DNA of 63,134 bases, filler included, from 9 parts of 9 records of this genome joined end to end with filler, not necessarily neighbours in it; one strand, 5' to 3'; shown: positions 38,800 to 50,521, counted from the first letter of the whole stretch. A program made the numbers and translations. Notes: generated from the sequence alone by a model not told the origin.

Positions 38800-40712
38800 A
38801 TGGCACTTGATTCCAAAATTCCCGGTGGACCGATTGCCGAAAAATGGGATCGGCACCGTTTTGAACTAAAACTCGTCAACCCGGCCAACAAGCGTAAATT
38901 CGATGTCATCGTCGTGGGCACCGGCTTGGCCGGTGGGGCGGCATCCGCCACACTGGCTGAATTGGGCTATAACGTCAAGACCTTTTGCATTCAAGACAGC
39001 CCCCGCCGCGCCCATAGCATCGCGGCCCAGGGCGGCATCAACGCCGCTAAAAACTACCCTAACGACGGTGACAGCATCTGGCGGCTTTTTTACGATACGG
39101 TCAAAGGCGGCGACTTTCGCGCCCGGGAGGCCAACGTCCACCGCCTGGCGCAGGTCAGCAACAATATCATCGACCAGTGTGTGGCCCAGGGCATTCCCTT
39201 TGCACGGGATTACGGCGGCCTTCTGGCCAACCGCTCCTTTGGCGGCGCCCAAGTTTCCCGGACGTTTTACGCCCGCGGCCAGACCGGTCAGCAGTTGCTG
39301 CTGGGGGCCTACAGCGCCTTGATGCGCCAGGTGGCCGCGGGAAAGGTGCAGATGTTCCCTCGCCGCGAGATGCTGGACGTGGTGGTGGTCGAGGGTCACG
39401 CCAAGGGCATCATCGCCCGCAACCTGGTGAGTGGCGAAATCGAACGCCACGCCGCCGACGCCGTTGTTTTATGCACCGGCGGCTATGGTAACGTCTTTTT
39501 CCTGTCCACCAACGCCATGGCCTCCAATGTGACGGCCGCGTTTCGCGCTTACAAGAAGGGGGCATTTTTTGCCAACCCCTGTTTCACGCAGATCCACCCC
39601 ACCTGCATCCCGGTGCATGGCAGCTATCAGAGCAAACTGACCCTGATGAGCGAAAGCCTGCGCAACGATGGGAGGGTCTGGGTTCCCAAAATCCTGGTGA
39701 CAAGCGCCCCCCGCACCAAATCCCCGAGGCGGAGCGAGACTACTACCTGGAACGTAAATACCCCAGCTTCGGCAACCTGGTTCCCCGTGACGTGGCCTCG
39801 CGCAACGCCAAGGAACAGTGCGATGCGGGTAAGGGCGTGGGAGATACGAGCCTTGCCGTCTATCTCGATTTTGCCGACGCCATCAACCGCGACGGCAAGG
39901 ATGTAATCGAGAAAAAATACGGCAATCTTTTCCAGATGTACGAGAAGATTACCGCCGACAACCCCTACCAAACCCCCATGATGATCTACCCGGCGATCCA
40001 TTATACCATGGGCGGCCTGTGGGTGGACTACAACCTTATGAGTAGCCTGCCCGGCCTCTTCGTGCTGGGTGAAGCCAACTTTTCCGACCACGGGGCCAAC
40101 CGCTTGGGCGCCAGTGCCCTGATGCAGGGGCTGGCCGACGGCTACTTCGTGTTGCCCTACACCATCGGCGGCTATCTGACGGGAACGCCCAAAGCCGATG
40201 TCGCCACCGGGCACAAGGCCTTCGATGAATCTGAAAAACAGGTTAACGCCCGCATCGATCGTATGCTGGGAATAAACGGCAAACGCACGGTGGACGATTT
40301 CCACAAGACCCTGGGCCGCATCATGTGGGACTACTGCGGCATGGCCCGCACCAACGAAGGCTTGGCCATGGCCCAATCCATGATCCAGGAGTTGCGCGAC
40401 GAGTTCTGGAAAAATGCCAAGATTCCCGGGAACGCGGCCGACTTCAACCAGAGCCTGGAACGCGCGGGGCGGGTGGCCGACTTCTTGGAATTTGCCGAAC
40501 TGATGATCATCGATGCCCTGGATCGTCAGGAGTCCTGTGGTGGCCATTTCAACGAACGGTTCCAGACCGAGGAGAATGAGGCCCTGCGCGACGATGACAA
40601 CTTCTGCCATGTGGCGGCATGGGAATTTACCGGAGATGAAAAGCCGCCGGCATTTCACAAAGAACCTTTGGTATTTGAAAACGTCAAACTTACGCAAAGG
40701 AGTTACAAGTGA
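38800..40712 (+). CDS. sdhA: Succinate dehydrogenase/fumarate reductase flavoprotein (frameshift near 39690)
   Basis: [13 protein letters not shown] covalent-FAD motif, QIHPT, MSESLR; continues [24 protein letters not shown] in the next frame. Confidence 0.95.
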
Positions 40713-41473
40713 CAAAGACCATCGATCTGACACTGAAAGTGTGGCGCCAGCAGGGTCCGAAAGATAAGGGGCGGTTTGAAACCTACCACGCCGAAAACAT
40801 ATCGACGGACATGTCATTTCTGGAAATGCTGGATGTGGTTAATGAACAACTGGCCGTCGACGGCAAAGAGCCGGTTGCCTTTGACCACGACTGTCGTGAG
40901 GGAATCTGCGGTATGTGCGGCTGTGTGGTAAACGGACGCGCCCACGGCGCCGAAAAGGGAACCACGCTTTGTCAGCTGCACATGCGCCATTTTGAAAGTG
41001 GTGATACCATCGCCATCGAACCGTTCCGGGCCATGGCCTTCAAGGTGATTAAAGACCTGGCCGTTGACCGTAGCGCACTGGATAAAATCATCCAGGCCGG
41101 CGGTTACATTTCCGTCAGTACCGGCGGAGCCCAGGATGCCAACGCCATTTTGGTACCCCAGGAGATGGCAGACCTGGCCATGGACGCCGCCCAATGCATC
41201 GGCTGCGGTGCCTGCGTGGCCTCCTGCCCCAATGCATCGGCCATGCTTTTTGCCAGCGCCAAGGTGTCTCAACTGGCATTACTGCCCCAAGGCCGGCCCG
41301 AGGCGGCCCAACGGGCCTTGAACATGGTTCGCACCATGGACGCACTGGGTTTTGGTAATTGCACCAATGAAACCGAGTGCGAAGCCGAGTGTCCGAAGGA
41401 AATCTCCATTACCAATATTGCCAGGCTGAATCGGGAGTACCTGAAAGCGGGTTTTTTTTCCAGATCCGTCTGA
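40709..41473 (+). CDS. sdhB: Succinate dehydrogenase/fumarate reductase Fe-S subunit
   Basis: [36 protein letters not shown]. Confidence 0.95.
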   Translation: MTKTIDLTLKVWRQQGPKDKGRFETYHAENISTDMSFLEMLDVVNEQLAVDGKEPVAFDHDCREGICGMCGCVVNGRAHGAEKGTTLCQLHMRHFESGDTIAIEPFRAMAFKVIKDLAVDRSALDKIIQAGGYISVSTGGAQDANAILVPQEMADLAMDAAQCIGCGACVASCPNASAMLFASAKVSQLALLPQGRPEAAQRALNMVRTMDALGFGNCTNETECEAECPKEISITNIARLNREYLKAGFFSRSV

Positions 41474-41505
41474 CCCACCGCCGTCCAATCTAATCCAGCG
41501 CCTAT

Positions 41506-41551
41506 CGCCGGGAGAAACGGTCGCCATCACCGTCTCTCCCGGCGTTTGTTT
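41506..41551 (+). terminator. Intrinsic terminator after sdhB
   Basis: CGCCGGGAGA.ACGGT...ACCGT.TCTCCCGGCG followed by TTTGTTT. Confidence 0.75.
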
Positions 41552-41700
41552 ATCCCCGCGCCTTTTTTTGTAGGTCCCGCAAGCCGTCCGTCGCAAAAAA
41601 NNNNNNNNNNNNNNNNNNNNNNNNNNNNNNNNNNNNNNNNNNNNTTAATTAATTAANNNNNNNNNNNNNNNNNNNNNNNNNNNNNNNNNNNNNNNNNNNN

Positions 41701-42092
41701 AAAAGCGGATTGATCTGCAATCCGGTCAGGTCTTGAACAAGTGCACCGTGGCCGGCCGCGACCAGGGAGGCACACTCTGTCGCAGTTCGGCGACACTGCC
41801 AGAGAACAGCCGGGCCGACGGGCTGGCCGGTTTCAGCGTCCCACGCAATGATTGTCTCGCGCTGGTTGGAGATGCCGATCGCGGCGATTTCATCGCCACC
41901 GGCCTGTTGGATGACTTCGTCGATGACCCTTTTTGTCGTTTCCCACACTTCGCCCGCCGATTGCTCGACCCATCCCGATTGAGGATAGTTGGTGCTGCAC
42001 CGCGCCGATGCCTGAGAGACAACAGACCCATCGCCTGCGAATAGCAGCGCTTTGGTATTGGTCGTGCCCTGGTCAATAGCGAGGACATGCAT
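41701..42092 (-). CDS. FGGY carbohydrate kinase (glycerol-kinase-like; apulose kinase candidate), 3'-truncated
   Basis: VLAIDQGTTNTKA, GWVEQ, GISNQRET, WQCRRT. Confidence 0.88.
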
Positions 42093-42095
42093 CGA

Positions 42096-43057
42096 TCAGC
42101 TGACCTTCCGTGCCAGAACACGTCTTGCCGCCGCGGCGATTCCGTCGACAGACAAACCGAATTCTTTAAAAGATAGGAAACCGATCCGGTTGGTAGGAAG
42201 CCGGGGAAACCGAGGCGCTCGACGGGCACCGGAAATGCGGACGATGTTGTCTCGGCAACAGCTCCCCCAAGACCGCCGGTCACAAGTGCTTCCTCGACCG
42301 TCACGATGGCGCCGGTTTCGCGCGCCGCCGCAACCACCGACGCCTCATCGAGCGGATTGAGCGTGTGCATGTCGAGAAGGCGCACGGAAATGCCCTCGCC
42401 TTCCAGGGTGACGGCCGCCCCGGCAGCGAGATGGACGGTCGTGCCGTTGGCTATGATAGTGACGTCTTGTCCTTCGCGGATAAGTCGCGCCGTTCCAGGC
42501 ACGAAACCTGTGTCCACCGCATCGAGCAGCGGTACGGGCATCCGCGAAAGACGAATGAACACCGGCCCTTCGTGGGTTGCGGCCCACTTTACCGCTTCCG
42601 CAGTCTCGAACGGATCGGCCGGCACGATCACCATGATCTGCTTAAGCGCACGCAACCAGGAAAAATCTTCGATCGAATGGTGGGTCGCACCCAACTCGCC
42701 ATAGGCAATGCCGGAAGACTGACCGACCAGCTTGACGTTGAAGCCAGCATAAGCGACATCGGCCTTCAATTGTTCGAGCGCCCGTCCCGTTAAAAAGCAT
42801 GCAGCTGCGGAAACAAACGGCACGAACCCGCCATTGGCGAGCCCGGCACCAACGCCGACCAGATTTTGTTCGGCAATGCCGACATTTATCGTGCGCTCGG
42901 GATATTTATGCCGAAAGCCATCAAGATTGGAGGAGCCAACCGAATCGTTGACGACCGCCACAATGCGCTTGGCGTCGAAAGCGAGCGCTTCGAGCGTTTC
43001 CGCCCAAGCCTTGCGGCAGTCGAACTTGTTGGCGGTCATAGCAGGCCCGGCGCTCAT
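42096..43057 (-). CDS. Split transketolase, C-terminal (pyrimidine-binding) subunit; frameshift near 42167
   Basis: NVGIAEQNLVG, RALEQ, GATHHSIED, GPVFIRL, GGLGGAVAE; the corrected end is FGLSVDGIAAAARRVLARKVS*. Confidence 0.9.
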
Positions 43058-43891
43058 CAGACCAACTCCCTCATAGCCAGCTCGAACTGCTCCGAGCTAG
43101 GGATTCCGTGGTGCCACTTCACCTGCCCTTCCATGAACGAAACGCCCTTACCTTTGATCGTGTTAGCGATGACGCAGAGCAGTTTTTTCCCTCGCACCAA
43201 CGGTAGCGCCGAGTACATCGAGCAGTTGGCCGACGTCATGTCCATCAACCTCGACCACATCCCAACCAAAGGCGCGGTATTTGGCATCGAGAGGATCCAG
43301 CCCATTTGTTTCCTCGGTGCCGGCTCCCTGCTGCAGCCGGTTGCGATCGACAATGAGGGTGAGATTTGAAACCTTGCGGTTGCCGGCGGTCATCGCCGCT
43401 TCCCAGTTCGAGCCTTCTTGTTGTTCACCATCGCCCGTCAGCACATAGGTACGATAGTCGGCGCCGCTGATCTGTCCGGCGATGGATATGCCGAGCGCGA
43501 CCGGGAAACCATGGCCGAGAGGACCGGTATTGGTTTCGACACCCGGCAAATAGCGCCGATTTGGGTGGCCGTTCAGCTTCGAAAGAGGCTTCATGTAGGT
43601 ATCGAGCCAACTTTCGGGAAAGTAGCCCGCCGCCGCGAGAGCGGTGTAGAGAACCCCCGTGGCGTGACCTTTGGACATGACAAACCGATCACGTTCGGGC
43701 CAGTCAGGGCGTTTGGGGTCGTAGCGCAACGCGCCGAAGTAAATCGTTGCGACGATGTCGGTAGCTGAGAGATCGCCGCCGGGATGGCCGAGTCGTTTCT
43801 CGTAGATCATTTGGAGACTTTGGCGCCGCATCCACAACGCCTTTTCCTTTATTAATTCAAGCGTATCGTTGGTGTGCTGGACTTGTGTCAT
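43057..43891 (-). CDS. Split transketolase, N-terminal (TPP-binding) subunit; frameshift near 43187
   Basis: GHPGGDLS, RDRFVMSKGH, TGPLGHG, GDGEQQEGSNWEA..N; continues IANTIKGKGVSFME..WHH. Confidence 0.92.
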
Positions 43892-44156
43892 CAATCTCGC
43901 CTCAGAAACAATTGGCTGCCGGGATCTTCGAAACTAAAGAGCCACATGATGGTAGTTTACTCAGCCAAAGGCGCGAAACGGCCTCAAATCGCATATCGAC
44001 ACGGTGCTGGCGCAGATATCCGAAGTGGCTTTCGCAAGAGATCCGAACGACCGGGCACGCCCCCGTCACTAGCGCCGGTTTTGGCGCAACTGACCACGAA
44101 ACCGATCGCAGTTCGACGTATGTCGCAGGGGCGTTCAGAGTGGCCTCCCCTAAATA

Positions 44157-44216
44157 GAATATTTATTCGTTCTTGTATTGTAATACAGTCTACTTATGCG
44201 TAGCGCATTGTGTCAA
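44157..44216 (-). promoter_or_regulatory. Putative sigma70 promoter and two palindromic operators upstream of the transketolase operon
   Basis: TTGACA (44216-44211), 18 bp, TAGACT; palindromes TGTATT-GT-AATACA (44174-44187) and GAATA-TT-TATTC (44157-44168). Confidence 0.6.
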
Positions 44217-44354
44217 GGAAAATGTGCTGATGAACCGTTGAGCGCAAAGAGCGCTCACCAAGCTACGAAAACGCCCCGAGTCCGCAGTGCACGGTTACGA
44301 ACGCGCGGGTACCAACCGCAGTGTCAGCTGCGATTTGGACCGAACAAGGCAGAC

Positions 44355-44985
44355 GGACGCCTCGAAGAACCTCGGCAAGTCGGCAGATTTCTGATTCACT
44401 CGACGCATCGGTTGATGCGGAGCAGGGACAGGCGGGTTTCTGGGACATTGAGGAGTGCTATGCGCGGTTTAGCGCACCCAGTGACTCTCGGGAAAGCTCG
44501 ACGGGGTTGTTCCGCGGGAGTTTTCCGCAAGCCGCTCAGCAAGGCGGTGAAGCGGTCGTACGGTGCCAAAGGTAGGCATCCTCCTTTTGACCCTGTGCTC
44601 ATGTTCAAGATCATGGTGCTGCAGGCGCTGTACAACCTATCGGACGATCGGGCCGAGTTTCCGATCCAGGACCGCCTGGCATTCGTGCGGTTTCTCGGGC
44701 TCGAGTTTGGCGACAAGGTGCCGGATACTAAAACGGTGTGGCTGTTCCGCGAGCAGCTCGCCACCGCCCGGGCGATCGAGAACCTGTTTGCCCGTTTCGA
44801 CAAGCACCTCGAGAAGGCCGGATACCTGGCCATGGGTGGGCAGATTGTCGCCGCCACGATCATGGCGGCGCCCAGCTGCGCAACGTGGTGGACCGGGGCG
44901 ATATTGGATCGACGGTGTAGGCGGATACCGCCTATCGCTCCAAGATTAACGAGGACTGGCTCGACAAGAACGGCTACTCCTCGGA
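44355..44985 (+). pseudogene. IS5-family transposase remnant (frameshifted, internally deleted)
   Basis: GQAGFWDIEE..., PPFDPVLMFKIMVLQALYNLSD, VPDTKTVWLFRE, GGQIV.ATI, then jumps to ADTAYRS with a stop. Confidence 0.85.
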
Positions 44986-45430
44986 CAGGCGATGCGGACG
45001 GGACTGTTCAAGGCCACCCGTGTGAAGACCGATGACAGCCAGCGCATCAGATTGCTCCTGCGTCACCGTCGGTCCATGGCTCGGCGAAACAAGGATCTGA
45101 TCAACACCGTGCGCGGTACCCAGAAGGCGTTTGACATCCGCACCGGCAGGGCAAGAACACCTTGTACGCAAAACGCGTTCGCGAAGCGATTGACGATCTC
45201 ATGCTGTTGGCCATGACCGAACCGCCTCTGATTGCCATTGCCTTCGAAGACGGGCTGCGCGCCTTGGCGACCATCAACAAAATGGCACTCGATATTGCAA
45301 AGCAGGATGCGGTGTGCCGCCTGCTCACAACCGTCCCCAGTGTTGGTCCGGCAAGGGCTTTGACCTTCCGCACCGACGTTGACGTTCCCCATCGCCTCGA
45401 CAAGTCCAGGCTCGTGGCCGCTGTCCAGAT
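44986..45430 (+). pseudogene. IS110-family transposase fragment
   Basis: MRTGLFKATRVKT..QRIRLLLRHRR..NTVRG and VCRLLTTVPSVGP..ALTFR..VD.PHR. Confidence 0.8.
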
Positions 45431-45738
45431 GCGCCCGGTCGAACTTTAGGCGATCGGATCCTGTAGGTGATCTTGGCCAAGTCCGCCCGACTTGGATTAC
45501 GCTACTGAAAAGGCCGAGCCATTTCAGGTCAAAATACGGAAAACCAACACAATGCGTACTCACTGCTTTTCAGCACACATTGGAAAAGCGGTTTTTGAGT
45601 ATACGTCGGCAAGATGTATAACATCGTTCGAATTCTACAACAAAAACACCAAAAAATATATCTTCAAATACACTAAAAAATTAAGCCACCGCATCTTTTC
45701 AGTGTATTCTAGGACATTAATTAAACACTAATTCTAAA

Positions 45739-46695
45739 TCACTTTAAACGCGCTAGTTTTTCTGCTGTGAAATAATCGGTTATCAATACTGATAGTGTTT
45801 TGCTCAGTAGTGCACCATGGATAGCAGCGACTTTTCTATTACCGCCGGCAATGCCTACAACACGGGGTACCTTCGAGAGTTCTTCAAGCGTTATGCCGAT
45901 AACACGATCTTCGAGAGGGCTGATCACGGAGCGCCCCTTGTGGTCAAAAAAGCGAACGCAAATGTCACCGATCGCGCCTCGTTGTTCGAGATCCTCGAGC
46001 TCGCCGTTGGTGAAGGCATTTCCGGAATTCGCCAGAAGCACCGACGGATGGAGCGCACCGATTCCCACCATCGCGGTCGTGACCCTGCTGAACTGGTTCA
46101 TGGCTTCGCGCACATAGTTGTCGCCTAGCATTACGTCGCGACTAGCGACCGATCCCGCGACGCCTTGCGCCGGAAGCAATGTTGCTTCGGCTCCAGTCAG
46201 CGTGGCCAGGCGCGCGGTGAGTTGCGTTGCATGGCTTTGCACACTCGGGCTGCCGATACCGCCAAGGATCTGAACGACGCGCTCGGCGCGAGCACCACGA
46301 AGCGGGCTGAGGCTATCGACCATTCGCAGCAAGGTCGCGCTCCACGACGATATCCCGATCACTTCTCCTTTGGCGATGGTTGTCTCGAAATAGTGCGCCG
46401 CGGCCGCGCCAATTGCCGAAAGGATGACGTCTTCCCGATCTTCGAAGCAGTCGGCAACGATGGCTTCCTCAATTCCGTACGTTTTGCGAAGCCGCTCTTC
46501 TATTTCGGGATAGGTGCCGCTCGGATTGGTGATTGTCACGCGAACGATTCCGGTCTCAATTGCTTTCGCCGCAAGCCGAGACACGCTCGCCTGCGAGATA
46601 TGTAGAATTTTGGAAACCTCGGCCTGCTTTAGGCGCTCGCCGTAATAGAGCTGGGCAACCCTCGAAATCAACCGAAGCTCATGAGTCCTAGCCAT
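45739..46695 (-). CDS. SorC/DeoR-family sugar-binding transcriptional regulator
   Basis: VAQLYY...QAEVS..LHISQASVSRL HTH, GISSWSATL, GAIGDI, GIAGG.RKVAAI..AL, LITD. Confidence 0.92.
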   Translation of the reverse strand: MARTHELRLISRVAQLYYGERLKQAEVSKILHISQASVSRLAAKAIETGIVRVTITNPSGTYPEIEERLRKTYGIEEAIVADCFEDREDVILSAIGAAAAHYFETTIAKGEVIGISSWSATLLRMVDSLSPLRGARAERVVQILGGIGSPSVQSHATQLTARLATLTGAEATLLPAQGVAGSVASRDVMLGDNYVREAMNQFSRVTTAMVGIGALHPSVLLANSGNAFTNGELEDLEQRGAIGDICVRFFDHKGRSVISPLEDRVIGITLEELSKVPRVVGIAGGNRKVAAIHGALLSKTLSVLITDYFTAEKLARLK

Positions 46696-47063
46696 GTCGT
46701 CCTTACTCGCGCTTTGCCGGGCAACAACAAGCAGCATTAATCAAGGCGGCGATTGAATTCAAACCCTACGAACATCCCACCGCCGCCGGAAATTCACTAA
46801 TGGAGAAGGGCTTCCCTGTGACAGGAAACCCCTCGGAGCTCACTTCGAGGGCCGAGCCGGTGCGCGTGCGTCAAACCTTCCGCCCGCGAACAAGTTGCAT
46901 AGACTGGTAGTATGTACGGGCGCCTGCATATTCCCCCCGTCTCATCCATTCTCATCGGATGCCACAGGTCGCGAGGCACTGCCGGCCCGTTTTCGGGCCG
47001 TCGGGCCGTCAGCGATTTGTCCAGATCCGGGACCGGCGGAATGCTCGTCTGCTTCATGTCGAT

Positions 47064-48278
47064 CTATCCGACGCGTTCGATACGCGGAACGATCTCGTCG
47101 TTTATTCCAGGTCCAAAGAACTTGAAAGCCACCAGTGGCTCGGAACCCGTATTCGCGAGTGTCACTCCCTTTAAGGCTCTGTCGTGAGTGATCAGAAACT
47201 CGTCCCTGGAATCCTCGAGCGTGACCTTCTGTCCTTCGACCGGAAAGGCGTCAACCAGCCCCTGCCCTTTCCAGATGAAAAGACCGTGGACGCCTCTTGC
47301 CTTGCTCACGTATTGCGCAGCGGGTTGAAGGGTAACGCGGGTACCGCTGAACCGCATGGAGTTGTACCACACCCATTCTTCGGCTACGCCCTCGGGTAGC
47401 GTCTCGTCGATTGCGACTGGATGAAGCCTGTGGTTCTCGTAGAAGTAGGGATCACCGCATGACTCCCAGTCGACGAGATCAAGAACGGCGGCCTCCTGCT
47501 TTGCCGCCACCGCATCGGGATGGATGTGGCGCGTGAGCATGTTCTTGTCGAGCTTGATACCCTCTATCTCCGCCTGCATCACTGCCATAATGTCCGACGA
47601 TTCTTGCAGTTCCAGAGTCAGCGCCGTGCCGGGAGCATGGAGAATGCCGGGCGGCACGTGGAAACCCTCTCCAGGCACGTCCATATAGGCCTTGGCATGC
47701 TTCAATATCGAGCTTCCCTGCCATTCCTTGAGATATGGCAGGAACAGCTCCTCCTGGCGCCCTTCCTTCACAATATATGGATGCACGCCGAAGAATGTCT
47801 GCGGGTGCGCTCCGAGATCCGCGTCCAGGAAATAGTAAGCCTCATCTTTGGGGTTCATACCGACCCTTTCGGCATCCTTTTTCATGGGATGGATGTGATA
47901 GAATAGCATCGTTTTGTAGTCGAAGATTTTCAGTAGCCGATCGAGCCGCCCGTGTCCCCTTTCATATTCTTCTCCAAGTATCTCGGCACCGCAGACATCG
48001 AGGGCATCAACAAGCAGAAGTGGCTCGCCGGTCGATGTCTTCACAAAGGACTGGCCTTCATGCGGAATCTTGTACTTGTTGTCGGCTGCAGTCTCCGACA
48101 CGATCCATCGTTCGCAGATGTTGCCGCGTTCTCCAACGTCATATTCCTCATCCGTGAGGCCAAGGCGCTTGCCGCCGGGCAGGTATTCTCTCGCGACCCA
48201 GCAAGGTTTCATAGGAAGCAGGCCGTCGTTCTTGTTCAGTTCGCTTAGGGTCAATGTTCGCACGTCGTTCACTTGCAT
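47064..48278 (-). CDS. Uncharacterised cupin resembling class I phosphomannose isomerase
   Basis: ERW, LLKIFD..HIHP, KDEAYYF, GEGFHVPPGILHAPG, ELQESSD follow the PMI-I metal-site layout. Confidence 0.65.
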   Translation of the reverse strand: MQVNDVRTLTLSELNKNDGLLPMKPCWVAREYLPGGKRLGLTDEEYDVGERGNICERWIVSETAADNKYKIPHEGQSFVKTSTGEPLLLVDALDVCGAEILGEEYERGHGRLDRLLKIFDYKTMLFYHIHPMKKDAERVGMNPKDEAYYFLDADLGAHPQTFFGVHPYIVKEGRQEELFLPYLKEWQGSSILKHAKAYMDVPGEGFHVPPGILHAPGTALTLELQESSDIMAVMQAEIEGIKLDKNMLTRHIHPDAVAAKQEAAVLDLVDWESCGDPYFYENHRLHPVAIDETLPEGVAEEWVWYNSMRFSGTRVTLQPAAQYVSKARGVHGLFIWKGQGLVDAFPVEGQKVTLEDSRDEFLITHDRALKGVTLANTGSEPLVAFKFFGPGINDEIVPRIERVG

Positions 48279-48416
48279 CTCCGTCACTCCCTTTTGGTCG
48301 GCCACGCGATCGGGCATCGCGGATGCCGTTTTCCGTCGTCGTGGGCACGATTTGTTGCTCATCTGGAAACCGCGGTGTCCTGCGGGTGCGGTTCTTCAGA
48401 CCAAGACACGCAAAAA

Positions 48417-49445
48417 TCAGTCCGCCCCACGCACATCATTCTTCGAATTGTGCCATGCCCCAAGCGCAACAGCGACCGCCAGCACCACGCCGGTGAGGAC
48501 ATATTGCCAGTAGGACGAGACGCCGAGCAGGTTCAAAGCGTTGGACAGCAGTGAAAAAAGGATGGCGCCGACCACTGTACCGAACAGCGTCGCCCGGCCA
48601 CCGCGAAGGGCCGTTCCGCCGACAACAACGGCTGCGATGACGTTCAATTCGAAACCGGTCGCCATCGTCCCGCTCGAGGAGTAGAGCAGACCGGACAGGA
48701 AAAAGCCGGTGATAGCAAAGGTGAACCCAGCGATGGCGAAAGTGGCTACAACAACGAGATTGACTGGAACGCCCGCGAGCCGGGCTGCACGCTCATTGCT
48801 TCCGATCGCGCGGATCGCCCGGCCGAAATGGCTCCAATACAATAGGAAGTAGAAAATAACCGCCAAGACAATCAGTACGATGAAGGCTAAGGGGAAAACG
48901 CCAACGGACGAGTTAGCGAGTGCCGTGTACTCAAGCGAGATAATCGGTTCAACGCCACCTTTCGTTATGACGAAAACTATGCCAAGAAAAAGGTATTGCG
49001 TGCCCAGAGTTGCAATAAACGCTGGGATCTTCACGTAAGCAACGAGCAAGCCGTTCATCAATCCGGCTAAGGCTCCAACAAGCAGCCCTACACCTACGGC
49101 GAACTCCGGCGCGGTATATTGTAGCAAAGTCGCGGCCGTGAGCGAGGATACTGCAATCGCTCCGGGAACGGAGAGGTCGAGCATCCCAGCAGTGATGAGC
49201 AATGTCATGCCGCAGGCCGAAATGCCAACTAGCGCGGCCTGAAACAACACGCTGTTAATGTTGCCTGGCGAAAGGATCGCTGGCTGCGGAATAGCGATGA
49301 GCAATGCGACCAGAATGACGGCTACGGCCAAATACTGACGCGTCACGAACCTCAAAGCAGGCATTACCAGCGAAGTCCGGTACGTCCGTGTCGATGCTAG
49401 AGCCGCTTCCTTACCGAGCGACACGACCTTTTCATTGAGGCTCAT
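48417..49445 (-). CDS. Sugar ABC transporter permease (RbsC-like)
   Basis: GMLDLSV, IPAFIATLG, GRAIRAIGSNERAARLAGV, ELNVIAAVVVGGT. Confidence 0.92.
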   Translation of the reverse strand: MSLNEKVVSLGKEAALASTRTYRTSLVMPALRFVTRQYLAVAVILVALLIAIPQPAILSPGNINSVLFQAALVGISACGMTLLITAGMLDLSVPGAIAVSSLTAATLLQYTAPEFAVGVGLLVGALAGLMNGLLVAYVKIPAFIATLGTQYLFLGIVFVITKGGVEPIISLEYTALANSSVGVFPLAFIVLIVLAVIFYFLLYWSHFGRAIRAIGSNERAARLAGVPVNLVVVATFAIAGFTFAITGFFLSGLLYSSSGTMATGFELNVIAAVVVGGTALRGGRATLFGTVVGAILFSLLSNALNLLGVSSYWQYVLTGVVLAVAVALGAWHNSKNDVRGAD

Positions 49446-50410
49446 GCTGCGATCTCCTGTCCAGTCATTGCATGGCGACGGCGAATTTGGATTCGTCGCA
49501 ACCCGTCGACGCTGAGTGCAAGTAGAAGGAGAAGACCAGTTGCCACGTACTGCCAATAAGACGGTACGTTGAGAAGATTCAGGCTCGAATGTATCATGGC
49601 CAGCAGAACAGATGCGATTGCGGTACCTAAAATATTGCCTCTGCCACCAGCTAAACTTGTTCCGCCCAGCACAACAACCGCAATGACTTCCAGTTCGAGA
49701 CCTAAGCCCATCGACGGATTGACGATTGCGATCTGGCTCGCTTGCAGAACCGCAGAAACAGCGACAGTCAGGCCTGAGATAAGATAGACAAAGAGCAATA
49801 CTCGGCTCGTTCTTATGCCGACATCCGCTGCGGCTTCAGGTTTTCCTCCGACTGCCACCACGTGCTTGCCAAACGCAGTCCCCGTCAAAAAGAACCACGC
49901 GACAACGCCTAAAACCACTGCAACAACCATCTGCAACTCGATGCCGTAGAACGACGTAACGACCAGTGCCTCAAATGTCTTGTTTTGAAGATCGATGGAC
50001 ATTCCATTCGTGACAAGCAAAGCCACTCCGCGGAATGCCGTCATGGCAGCCAGTGTCGTTACGAACGCTGGAACACGGAAGCGCGTGATGACAACGCCGT
50101 TGATGAGACCAAGGACCAGTCCTGTGCCGATCCCGATCACAATGCCGAGGAAAGCACCAAACATATTGACGGAAAGGGCCGTAATGGTCGCCACGACGGC
50201 CTGGGCCGACCCAACTGAAAGGTCGATTCCGCGCGTCGCGATGACGAAAGTCATGCCGTAACCGATGATCGCCACGAATGAGGCATTGCCCAATATGTTC
50301 CTAATGTTTGCTTCCGTTAGGAAATTGGGCGCGATCGCGATAGAAACGGCAAGAACGATGACAAATGGAATGCCGATCGAAAGAGTGTCCATCAGGCTTT
50401 TAAAACGCAC
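49442..50410 (-). CDS. Sugar ABC transporter permease (RbsC-like)
   Basis: GIDLSVGS, VPAFVTTL, GKHVVAVGG..EAA, ELEVIAVVVLGGTSLAGG; the start may lie beyond the spacer. Confidence 0.92.
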   Translation of the reverse strand: MRFKSLMDTLSIGIPFVIVLAVSIAIAPNFLTEANIRNILGNASFVAIIGYGMTFVIATRGIDLSVGSAQAVVATITALSVNMFGAFLGIVIGIGTGLVLGLINGVVITRFRVPAFVTTLAAMTAFRGVALLVTNGMSIDLQNKTFEALVVTSFYGIELQMVVAVVLGVVAWFFLTGTAFGKHVVAVGGKPEAAADVGIRTSRVLLFVYLISGLTVAVSAVLQASQIAIVNPSMGLGLELEVIAVVVLGGTSLAGGRGNILGTAIASVLLAMIHSSLNLLNVPSYWQYVATGLLLLLALSVDGLRRIQIRRRHAMTGQEIAA

Positions 50411-50521
50411 AGCACTCTGACNNNNNNNNNNNNNNNNNNNNNNNNNNNNNNNNNNNNNNNNNNNNTTAATTAATTAANNNNNNNNNNNNNNNNNNNNNNN
50501 NNNNNNNNNNNNNNNNNNNNN

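Noticed and set aside
44196..45035. 279-aa ORF as an intact transposase
   Set aside because: Only the central part is IS5-like. The N-terminus is out of frame, the DDE region is deleted, and it runs into an IS110 fragment.
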